From the NCBI GenBank assembly GCA_951406725.2, contig OX597816.1, forward strand, positions 135,532,001 through 135,596,000: a stretch of DNA of 64,000 nt, read 5' to 3'. The notes beneath the pieces are model-generated. The model made no database searches. It saw only the letters and a list, made by a program, of their open reading frames with translations, and was not told the DNA's origin. Every line of letters begins with the position of its first letter. The stretch's first letter is position 1. A program made the position numbers and the translations under genes. Origin of the DNA: Octopus vulgaris (Eukaryota). Shown here piece by piece: positions 49,705 to 61,418 of the stretch.

Positions 49705-49756
<52 letters not shown>

Positions 49757-50667
49757 CATACATAGTATAGATAATATATAAATATATGCATATATACATA
49801 CATATATCTACATAAACACAGCAATACAGGTTGTCCAGTGACAGAAGGGGACAAACACAAAGACACACATGCATAAATACACACACACACATTTCAGTTT
49901 CCGCCTATCAAATCCATTCACAAGGCTTTGGTTGGCCTGAGGCAAGAGTAAAAGACATTTTCCCAAGGTGCCACACAATGGGACTGAACCTAGAACCATG
50001 TGGTTGGGAAGTAAACTCCTTACCACACAGTCACGCCTGCCCATATAAGTAATAAAGCAAGTATATCTTTTAGGCATGGCTGTGTAGTTTAAAATTCACT
50101 TCCTACCTATGTAGCTTTGGGTTCAGTCGCATTGCATGCCATCTTGAGGAAGTGCTTTCTACTATAAGCCCGAAGCCAATCAAAGCCTTGTGAGTAGATT
50201 TGGTTGCTGGAATCTGAAAGAAGCCTGTTGTGTACATGTATGTACGTGTGTGTGTGTGTGTATTATATGCACATACATGTATTTATACATACATACACCC
50301 ACACCTCACTACCCACATACAGAAAAGTGTGATCCTGCATAAGGTCATTTAATATGCATCAAACAGAAGTCAAATCTCTCTGAAATTATAACCGAACATG
50401 TAAATGGAAGAATACATTGGATAATATCCCTAATATACAAGTGAATGAATTGGCCTTGACAGTGGGTCTGCTCAGTCAGAGCTAACCTGCAATAAACAAC
50501 AACAAAACCAATCATGTATATGGAGTTTGTTTCTAACATTACATACTTACTTACAATAAATCAGTGAAAAAGAGCACATGCTAAAGTAAACAGCAAGAAA
50601 ATAGTGAAAATGTGAAGATGGACTTTTACTGAGGCTAGTCTAATCACATGCATATGCCATTCAGTTA

Positions 50668-50968
50668 TACAGGGTGTCCACAAAGTCTGGACACATGAGG
50701 ATTAACACATACTTTAAGAAATTATTATTTCTCAGATTTAATTCTTTATATTATGATTTTACTTACTCCATGTACCCACATGGGAATTAACACATACTTT
50801 AAGAAATTATTATTTCTTATATTTAATTCTTTATGTTATGATTTTATTTACTCCATATACCAACATGGGAATTAACACATACTTTAAGAAATTATTATTT
50901 CTTATATTTAATTGTTTATGTTGTGATTTTATTTACTCCATGTACCCAGACTTTGTGGACACCCTGTA
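50668..50968. mobile_element. Tc1/mariner MITE with three internal ~84-bp tandem units
   Basis: TA|cagggtgtccacaaagtctgg...ccagactttgtggacaccctg|TA; unit 'attaacacatactttaagaaattattatttct..' occurs three times. Confidence 0.85.
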
Positions 50969-51019
50969 TTTTACACTAGGGAAAGCCAGTATTCATCTCT
51001 AAAATTTTTTGAGCCACCC

Positions 51020-51540
51020 CAAAACACTCATGGTGTTACCGAGGGTCATTATGCTGCTGAAATTGCTGAGCACCTGCTCAAGCATCATCTGATACATTAG
51101 TGAGGGAGGACACCAACAAAGTAAAAAGCCTTTTTTGTCAAGGCCCTTCATTCCCAAAACTCTCAGAAGCCACAGGTTGAAAATCTGAATTGGATGCAGT
51201 CATTCCCACCTCCACAGCAGCATTAAAGATGCGTAAGGGAACAAATGAATTGCAAATAGGGGCCTCCTATAAAAGCCATCTGCCTTTAGCTTAAGAGCAA
51301 AATGTGAATTCATTATCCATGTACAATCCCATAGGGTTTGGAATTGAAATCTTTACTTTAGCTAAAGCTTGTTTAATCATATGGTGACCTATGCAATTTG
51401 CATTCAAATAACATAATCCATGAAGACCTGCAGAATCGAGGGGCTTACCACAATGACATCTCATTCCGCCTCATACATCAACTCTAATTCTGAGGTTAAT
51501 GGACATGTGGAACTCATTTGGGCTTAGTAAGCCACTAGTG
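51020..51540 (-). mobile_element. CRE-clade non-LTR retrotransposon 3' fragment (zinc knuckle and RLE)
   Basis: 'LSPNEFHMSINLRI..RCHCGKPLDSAGLHGLC...MIKQALAK...FQPVASESFG...LTNVSDD'. A second, inverted 3'-end copy lies at ~52130-52240 (+). Confidence 0.7.
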
Positions 51541-53113
51541 AAAGTTTTACAACAGCACTAAAAATACATTGCTGATGTTTTGGCACTTTGACCTACAGCA
51601 TGGTGAGCATGAAGTAATAGTGTTTAAGCAAAAAGATATTAATGATTCATTAATTAACATCACATGCAAAAAAGATTCTTAATCATATCTATGTGGTATT
51701 ACACATTTCCCAATGATTGATTTCAACAAATGTTAACAATTATTAATAGATATTAGGCCTGCGTATCATTTCCTAAAATTTCACTGTTCAGCCATGGAAA
51801 CACTTTAAGCTTTTCTCCTTTGTTATAAATAGTTGTATAGAATATAGACGAATTTTAATAGGACCACCTCCAAATATTGTACAGTACATACACGTGTGTG
51901 TGCGCGCACATGTGCATACATGTTAATCCAGATACGTTTTTTTTCTCTCCTGTTTTTTCCCCTCTCCCCGTCTGTTTTATCTCCTCATTCCTTTTCAGTA
52001 GAAGAGCATAGGCACAAAACATCAAAATCTTTTCCATTTTTCTTGAGCATCAAACTAATACATCTTTTCTGTTCTCCCTCAGCTGTTTCTGTCTTGATTT
52101 TTGTACAATTTTGAACAATATATATATATAAAAGGTTTTTAACTTTGTTAGTTTCCTTCCTCACTCATGTATCAGATGATGCTTGAGAAGGTGCTCAGCT
52201 ATTACAGTATCTGAGCTTCATAATGACTTGCAGTAAATAATTAATGGGTGATAAACTTGAGCCTTTTAGAAAGAAGGCTGATAACTGTTTATAGCTGAAG
52301 TGTTTTCTGGCCTTGAAGATAGAATCTTGGTTATATTTATAGATAAATAGTTGTTATTAAATGATACCAGAGATTCTGAGTCTCATTATAAGGTTTTTAG
52401 TTGTGTATTGACTGTGAGTAGAGAGCATTGAGTTGCAGGATAAAAAGATAAAATATTTCAAATATGAGGTAACAACGTAATCAAGGCTGTTACTGTTACA
52501 TTAAAAAAAACACTATGAAGAAGTGGGGCAGCACTCATTATTTACCATTGAGAAAAATATAAACAAGAGAGACTTACTTACAGAATTTGAAGCTCTAGAT
52601 ACAAATGACTGAACAATGGGTTAAGGTGTAAGTGAGACAATTATGGAGGTCAAGAAAGAAGAGATTAAGGTTTTAAATTATTTATGTATAAATTATTATA
52701 ATTTCAGTCATTTAATGTATAACATTAAATATCAAATATAGTTAAAATTTTGGCACATCTCAAACTAAATAAACATTTTGTTGAATCTGACAAGAGGATG
52801 ACTATGATAATGAGTTTAGAACATAAGTTGTTCCTTATTCATTTTATTTTTTAAATACTTTCATTGATTAAAGACAAAAAGAATATGATTGAAAAAACTT
52901 AAATAGATATCAAATCAATCAACCACACATCAATTAAGCAAATCAACAACTCTGAGGCTGTTTATTACATTCTTCAAACATTTCTTACACTGGCTCAAGG
53001 CTACAAATTTCTAGAAGAAAAATTTAATTAGTTTGCTTGTATGTGAGTAGCACTTATATATTTATTGCATTGCTTAGTCAGGGAGGAAAGAGAAGCAACT
53101 ATTACCTTTTCAG

Positions 53114-53210
53114 GATCTCTGAAACTGATGAATGGAAGTTATCTTCAGACCAGAGATCTGAACCAAATTATGTAACAGAGGGTATTTCATTAAAGACACC
53201 CAAGGAACAG
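53114..53210 (+). other. candidate 97-nt coding exon of an unidentified plus-strand gene
   Basis: ttaccttttcag|G ATC TCT...GAA CAG|gtaata; open as ISETDEWKLSSDQRSEPNYVTEGISLKTPKEQ. No recognisable domain. Confidence 0.3.
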
Positions 53211-54024
53211 GTAATAGTGTTAAACTAGTGGGGGCTTTTTTAGTATCTAATAATTTACATATAAATTATTATAATTTCTGTCATAACATTAAATATCAAA
53301 CATACTAAAAAAGAGATATAGGAATATTTTAAGAGTTAAAAATCTAGCTTATATTTTGAAAGATTTCAGACATGGTTCATATTGATTAATCCCCCAAGTA
53401 AGTTGAAATTAATTTCTTTTAAGTCTGTTGAAGTCACTTTAGTTAAATTGTTAGTTTTTATAAAATAATTCTAGATTAAAAACCAATCCCTTTTCATTGA
53501 AGTAGTGCAATCTACTAGAAAAAATATCTGAAATTTCTACTTCATAAAAAATTAACACCATAAAATGTTGTAAAAATATTAAAGTGTATAAATATTTTAT
53601 CAGAATAATCAATTTAAAAGCAATCTCATTAAGAATTTATGAACAACTAAAGTCTGGAATGAAAAGCATTTTTTAATGCTCTTAGATATTTAAAACCTTT
53701 TATTAGACCAGTGGTAAATCAGGATAAATTAGAGTATCTGTTATCTTTTACTTGTTTCAGTCAGTGGACTGTGGTCATGCTGGAGCACCAGCTTCAAGAG
53801 TTTTAGTTAAACAAATTGCCCCCAGTATTTATTTTTGTTTTTATAAGTCTGGTACTTATTCTATTAGTTTCTTTTGCCAAACAGCTAAATTACAGGGACA
53901 TTCACAAACCGACACCAACTGTCAAGCATGGGTGGGGGTTGGGCAAACACACACACAAAAGCACAGACACACACACACACACACAAACACATATAAATAT
54001 GCATATATGTATATATATATATAT

Positions 54025-55080
54025 ACAAGATAAGAAAATGGAGAAATACATCTAAATCAAATATCAATTACCAGATAATACTCATGTATATAAATACGCC
54101 TGTGCCGGAAAATTATTAACTGGAACCCGGACATACATATATACCGCTCTGGATCCTAATGTAAGCGTTATTAATAATATTATGAATGATAATAATGGTA
54201 ACATTAATGGTATTGACAACGATAATGATGCTAACTTTAATGACACTTTAGAAATTATTATGAAGTAATATAATGTACTATTGACTATGTATATTTGCAT
54301 CTAGGTATTAATTTGTGTATGTTTATTATCACAAGATTAAGTCGAAAAACTGAGACATTGAATGTGGAACACATATATATGTTTACTAATTTATATTATT
54401 TATTTATATCATTATGTATATGTATATTTTTATATGTATAGGAGTGTGAGTATATGCACTCATATGTATATGTATATGTTGTATTATGGTATGCACCCAC
54501 ACCCATGTGGGTATATATGTAGACTGATTTATATTACATAATCTCCGAAGAGGCCTTATGATATTTTTGTAAATGTCTCATTTATATCTATATATTGACC
54601 AACCATAAAGGGCTAATATTGGTAAAATGAGACACACTTATCTACATGGCCGAAACAGCTGTAATCTATACTTATATTTATATTTACCTATATTTATATT
54701 CTCTTTTATATATATTCTACTTATTATACAACATTACTCTTTTATGTACACTTTTTTATGTACATTCCTTTATGTACACTGATTTGTTCTGCTTTTTATA
54801 TTTAACCCTACAGTCTCTTATGTGGTGGTTTAATAAAGTATGTGATTGAGTATTATCTGGTAATTGATATTTGATTTAGATGTATTTCTCCATTTTCTTA
54901 TCTTGTATTAGTAATTTGTGGTAAATCATTTTACCTTTGCCCATATAATACAGTAAATGAATTGATTGCATCGCAATCATTAACATTTATGTATTAACTT
55001 TATTTGGTACTTCACTAGCAGTATATTGGATATATGTTATCCCATGGAGGGTTGCATTTACAACCCCTATCTCAATTTGT
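54025..55080 (+). mobile_element. Penelope-like LTR remnant with inverted partial copy and degenerate hammerhead
   Basis: 54025-54083 is the reverse complement of 54848-54906. CCGAAGA-ggcc..(long stem)..ggcc-GAAAC-AGCT-GTA at 54545-54663. Confidence 0.6.
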
Positions 55081-56181
55081 ATATATATATATATAAATAC
55101 AACAGGTTTCTTTCAGTTTCTCTCCATCACATCCAATCACAAGATTAATCTGAGGTTATAGCAGAAGGCACTTGCCCAAGGTGTCACACAGTAGGACTGA
55201 ACCTGGAACCATGTGGTTAAGAAGAAAATGTCTTAGCACACTGCCACACCTGAGTTTATCATATCTCTAATCAGTATATTAACTGGTCAGAGATATGTAC
55301 CATTGAGAACAATAATATAATTTTTTTTCTCGTTTATTATAGAAATAGATAAGATATCTTGTCCCGAGATTTTTTTAGCTTGGTAATTCCTAAGAATAAT
55401 AGCCTACTTCTTTTATCTTATCATTTAAATAGCAGAGAGGCAAATTCTTTAACTGTCAACTAATTCATATTGGGACCTTTCAACCTATTATGACATTGTT
55501 TGCATTTCATGTTCTAATATTTATCAAACCTATTTGTAAAAAATTGATTCTCTTCAACTTCACAAGTTTTTAACATGGTCAGGTGGTTGGGTACATTCAA
55601 TAATTCTATTTTGTATGGATCCTGTTCATGATATCTTGCAGGTTTGTGCTATACTACATGTGAAATAGGCCAAAAGTAGTTTTAGAATAGAAAGGAAATT
55701 AATACAAATTTTCAATTGCATGACATTATTTAATGAGAACATTCCAACAATTAAATATTTTTTTAATGGTTTTTTTATGGTTTCAATATGTTAGAACAAT
55801 GGGCTTGAAGGAAAATATCTCTGGGGGTGTTTTGCATATTGAATATAAATTGTAGAATCTCAAATATATAATATAGTGAGTTGAAAAAATTTTAATTAAC
55901 AAAGATTCTCTCGTCAATTAGCAGACAAAGACTCCCTTTAGGGTGTTTAAAATCTAAAAATCAATGAACATATTACTTTAATAACAGTAGTCAATCAAAA
56001 TTTTTAGACAAAAAATGATGATGCAAATAAAGTAGATCTTGTCTTTAAATTCAACTAACGAAGGCAATGGTCATGTTGAAATCTTTGATCTCTTCAGCGA
56101 AGCATATTCATCTCAATAGCATAGATAATTTCACTTCTATGTGCTCATACCATATGTGTGTTTAGTATGTAGAGCGCTCAC

Positions 56182-56245
56182 CAGAGATATTTCCCTAGTT
56201 CCCTGCGGTGATATTCATAACCAACATCATTACACTCCATTGTTT
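56182..56245 (-). other. candidate 64-nt exon
   Basis: tatag|AA ACA ATG...CTC TG|gtgagc; open as TMECNDVGYEYHRRELGKYL. The acceptor is weak. Confidence 0.25.
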
Positions 56246-56853
56246 CTATACATACTGATTATTTTTAAATCTTTCCAACTAAAGCGATTATGTTTTGCTG
56301 AGGAAATCTATTAACATTAAGACATGATTTTTATTTTCCCCAGTTGGCTTAAAAATTCAATTCTTGTCTGCATTGCATTATTTATCAAAAATTTTTCTGG
56401 GCTCAGTTAATTAGAGTTGTCACCCTTCCTTGTCTTTTAAGGTTTTGAAACACATGAAAGGAGGTTTTGACTTTTAATTAAAGGGATAATCTTAGATAAG
56501 CAAGGTTTTTCAACTCACTATATTACATGTGTGAGACTCTACTGCATATGCTAACATTCTTTCATCAGAAATATTAATTACTTGGAGAGATACCTGGCAT
56601 TGCTCGGGACTAAAATGGTATGGTTTTTTATTGGTTTACTTGTTTCGGTCATGTGACTGCGGCCATGCTGGAGCACCACCTTCAGTCAAAGAAATCAACC
56701 CCAGGATTTATTCTTTGTAAGCCTAGTACTTATTTTATCCATGTGTTTTGGTAAACAGCTAAGTTACAGGGATGTAAACACAGCAACATAGGTTGTGAAG
56801 TGATGGTGGGGGTACAAACATACACACACACATACATGTATATACACATACAC

Positions 56854-56918
<65 letters not shown>

Positions 56919-57030
56919 TATAAATATATATATGTATATATACATATATATAAATATATATATATATACATACATATATAAATATATATATACATGTACA
57001 TATATACACATGAATATATATACATATATG

Positions 57031-57087
<57 letters not shown>

Positions 57088-57089
57088 TT

Positions 57090-58230
57090 AGGGAGTATAA
57101 CTCCAAACTTACAGGGAAAAGCTCAATTTAGTATTAAATCAAATTTCACAATATAAATATATAAAATCTAAATTAGAGATAAAACCACTATTATGCAACT
57201 CAAACAGTGATAGACATAAACCAAAACATAAATAACAAATAATATATATTTTTATAAAACATATAACTAGATCTCAAAAAGTGTAAAAATGAATGATCAA
57301 TATACAATAAGTAAAAAAAACTAAGTACGTTTCATGGCTACAAGTTTAAATTCAATCGAAATAAATTAGTTACTGTGGTATAAAGATCATAAAAATGTTT
57401 ATGATAATGATGATAATAGTAATAAGATTCTTTTAAAGATAAGTTATACGTTTTTGATTTGATTTTTCAATTGTATTTCATAAATATACTCTATAGATAT
57501 TTATAATATTTATGTAAGTAATAATGGACTAATTTATTTTTGGTTATATGTTTATATATTTATTGATAGAGAAAATTTTAGATTTTTAATTACTATATTT
57601 GTTGATTATAACTTAGGTACTTATTTTTATGTATTTAATATTTTATAATTATCAGATGTGAACTTAAATCTAAAAATATTAATGGTGATTATTTTGTTAA
57701 ATAATTTGGTAATTAAATATTGGAGTATAACTGAGTTAAAGATATTTGATAGTTTATTATGTTTTTTTAAACCAAATTATATCTTCAAAGAAATACATAT
57801 TTTTATTTATTTTTTTACCTTAAAAATTAAATATTTAACATAATAAATGTGTTGTACGAAATAATCCTAATGTTTTAAGTTTCAAATTTAGTTAATGGAG
57901 TTTTTCTATAAGAAAAATTATTATTTTATATATTTTTAAAATAAATATTGTTTAACTCTATTTGCTTATTTATTTAATTATTATCATTAACCTGAAGATT
58001 GACTATAATTTTAAATTGCATTTATTTCAATTGAACTTAAACTTAATTGTAATTCGAATTTAAATGAAACCTACGTAGTTTTTTTACTTATTATATATTG
58101 ATCATTCATTTTTATACTTTTTGAGATCTAGTTATATGTTTTATAAAAATATATATTATTTGTTATTTATGCTTTGGTTTATGTCTATCACTGTTTGAGT
58201 TGCATAATAGTGGTTTTATCTCTAATTTAT
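57090..58230. mobile_element. Penelope-like inverted LTR pair with hammerhead-like core
   Basis: 57170-57335 is the near-exact reverse complement of 58065-58229. aac-CTGAAGA...GAAAC-CTAC-GTA-gtt at 57989-58080; the partner arm reads GAAAC-GTAC-TTA-gtt. Confidence 0.65.
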
Positions 58231-58359
58231 ATTTTATACACATATATATATATATATACATGTATGTATATACATATATATATATATACATACATATAAA
58301 CATACATGTATATAAATATACACATGCATATGAATATACATGTATATATGTATACACAC

Positions 58360-58451
<92 letters not shown>

Positions 58452-59559
58452 ATATATACAGTGATGCACACATACAGACAGACACACATTCTATATATAA
58501 TATAGATGTTGGCTCCAACACCTTGGGAATGCCAAAAGAAAGAAACAAGTATGAACAGAATGAGGGAAAAGAAGATTAGGAGAAAGTGTGGACAAATTAC
58601 ATCATACTTTTTTCTTTTTTTTTTTTGCAACACCTACAAATGCCAGCAGGGCATTTTTTTTCTCATCTGAAAAATTGAATAAAAAGTCATGCTGGTATTT
58701 GGAGTAGGAACAGATTTAGTGCTTGAGTTATGTTTACCAAGTATAAATAAAAAAAAATTGGTTAGAGTTCAAATCCTGCAGTGGCCAACTGGTTTCAAAC
58801 CACCACTTGGTTCTTGTGTGTCATTAACTGAGTTCACTCTGTTACAAGTATTCAGGCTAAGTCTCCAGTTGAGAATACCTTCTTCCTTCCATCTCTGTAG
58901 TTTGCAGGCCCTTTGAGTCTTTTTTTACCAAAAGATATTAAAAAAATATGATATGAGTGAACTGTACCTAGTAGACCAGTACACTGGCAACACATATATT
59001 TGAGACACTTAACAGACAGAAACAACTGGAAGGACAAAATAATATTAAAGTAAATGTGAAGAAGAGTATCTCCTAAATTCATCTCATCATCACTGTCTTA
59101 ATAATTTTAACCTCAAAAATATCGTTAATAATTTAATCTTCTAAAATATCTCATGTAAAAGAAAAATACTTCAGAGGGGCATTCACCATTATGAAGTAGT
59201 ATAAAAACACAATAGGGTCTTTTAAGTAAAATATTGAGTTTCACCCTCCACTAGCCATATTGTCAGTATTTATTATTAGTGTCACTACATTCCCTCTATT
59301 TCTATATACACTAGTCATTCTTAGCCTTTCCATTTGAGTAAAATATACTTTATTGAAGAAATCTAACAAGACTGATGAATGTCCATTGTTTTCAGCATGA
59401 CTTTAAAAATTATCCAAAAATTTTGTATGGTTGATTGAAGCTATCTCCTTTGCTTGATGTTTCTAGATATTGAACACCTCTCAAAGGAGTTTTGAAAAAT
59501 ATATAATATTAACAATAACAACTTTTTTGAAAAAGCAATGAGAGTGTGGGAAGTAGAAT

Positions 59560-61418
59560 AGCCATATGCAAATGAATCATAAGGCAACATGAAAATAAGC
59601 AGGGGCATTTTCTAGGGAGACTCACTCTCTCGGTTACTCTTCATCACTGTGTTAATCCCTCTGACAAATATACTGAGAAAATCAAGGCCTGTCTATGAAT
59701 ATACCAAAACCAAGATGTAAATAAATCACATACTTTATATGGATGATCTTAAGCTGTATGCAGAAAATGAGACAGGCCTGGATTCTTTGATCCAAACTGT
59801 GAAAATATTCAGTAAAGATACTGGAATGTAGTTTGGGGTAAATAAGGGCACAATGCTAATTACAGAGAGAGGCTGTAAGGTAAATTGTGATGGCATGAAA
59901 TTATTACATGACATCATTTGATTGCTGTGGAATAATGAGGGATATAAATATCTAGGAGTGCTGCAAGACAATAGGATTGAGACACTTGCTCCCTTTCTGA
60001 AATGGACAAAGGTTGAGCTACAGAACTTGGATAGAAAAACTAGAAAGCTGTTCACAATGCACATGCAGACTACCCTAAAAGTAATACAGACTCCACTTAC
60101 CAAGAGAGGAAGGTCACAAAGGATTACTAAATGCAGACGGCACTGTTAATATTGTGATACTAGGTCTGAAAAATTATGTTGTGAAGAATAAAAAAAGAAT
60201 ACTATCAACAGCTGGAGATACCCAAAAAAACAGTAAGAAAATTCCAAAAGAAAAGGGAAAACAACAGAACAATCAAACAGAAAGAAATGGATTTAAATGG
60301 CCAATTCATGCAATAGATCAAGAATATTGGAAGTAAGGAACACTAGCTCTGGTTGATGGACAAGAACTTGAAACAAGAGACCAAAATGCAAATTATAACC
60401 ATTCAGGTACAAGCTATTAGGACAACTCTGATAAAGGCAAAGACTGACAAAACTGAGTCAGACAGCAAATGTAGAATCTGCAGGAAAGGAGACGAAAGTA
60501 TCAATCACTTTTTGAGCACAAAAAGAGTATAAGTGCACAGACATGACTGTGTAGGCAAAAGAGTGTATTGGGATGTTAGCTGAGTATGGGACTTCAAAAT
60601 AACAGAAATGTGGGATGAACACAAAACAGAGGCTATGACAGAAAATGAGAATTACAAGATCTTATGGGACTTCCAAGCACTCAAAGACAACAGACCTCTG
60701 CCAAGCTCATTTTAAGATAGATACACAAGCAAAATTACTAACAGAGAAACGAAAATAAACTTTGGAAACAGCAACACTATCATAGGTTACATGGAAATGC
60801 TGAACGTGTTTTCAAAAGTAAATATAACAAATGAAAAATCTTTCTAGAATCCATAAAAATTCCTGGATCACTACCAAACTTTCATCATCTGTTCCTTGTG
60901 TCATTACCAACTTTTCCTGCATGTTTCATTAAATACTGTGTACAACTTTTTGAGTTATTTTGCACACAAACGGACAGACGGACAAACCAATGCTGATGAA
61001 AACATAACCTCCTTCCTTGGTGGAGGTAATGAAGAAGATTAGATAGAAGACAAAATAAACAGTGTAAGATCATATATTTTGCTATTCCTTATGATAGCAG
61101 AGTCAATCCCAATGAAACTGAAAAAATTGAGAAATATTAGGGTCTGGCCAGAGAGCTGAGGAAACCATGGAAGGCGAAGACAACAATTATTCTTGTGGTA
61201 ATTGCTGTACATGACACCCAAAATGCTACCTAAAAGACGGAAAGAGATTGGAATTGAAACTTGCATTATAGATCTGCAGAAAAAGTACCATTGTATATTC
61301 TGCAAGAATCTCAAGGAAGATTCTTGAGATTTGAGAAGACTTGTTACTAAACTTAAAACATAAAATCCCTGCTGACTAAATTTGCACGCACTAGCATAAT
61401 AATAATAATAATAATAAT
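59560..61418 (+). mobile_element. decayed R4/Dong-type RLE LINE with (TAA)n end
   Basis: 'GIF*GDSLS.LLFITVLIPL', 'NHILYMDDLKLYAENE..LDSLIQTVKIFSKD', 'YKYLGVLQ', 'CRICRKGDESINH', 'ENENYKILWDFQ'. Ends in aataataat. Interrupted at ~60700-61035. Confidence 0.85.
60840..61032 (+). mobile_element. probable non-autonomous Helitron/Helentron-type 3' end nested in the R4 element
   Basis: Terminal hairpin 'acctcc ttccttggt ggaggt aat' preceded by an acgg/acag microrepeat. Confidence 0.4.

Noticed and set aside
50345-50510. minus-strand exon after a strong acceptor
   Set aside because: It resembles the decayed tail of the SINE family also seen near 1020-1320 and 63770-63980.
51055-52210. exon and editing-complementary-sequence pair of a host gene
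   Set aside because: Both arms translate as CRE retrotransposon C-termini with stop codons.
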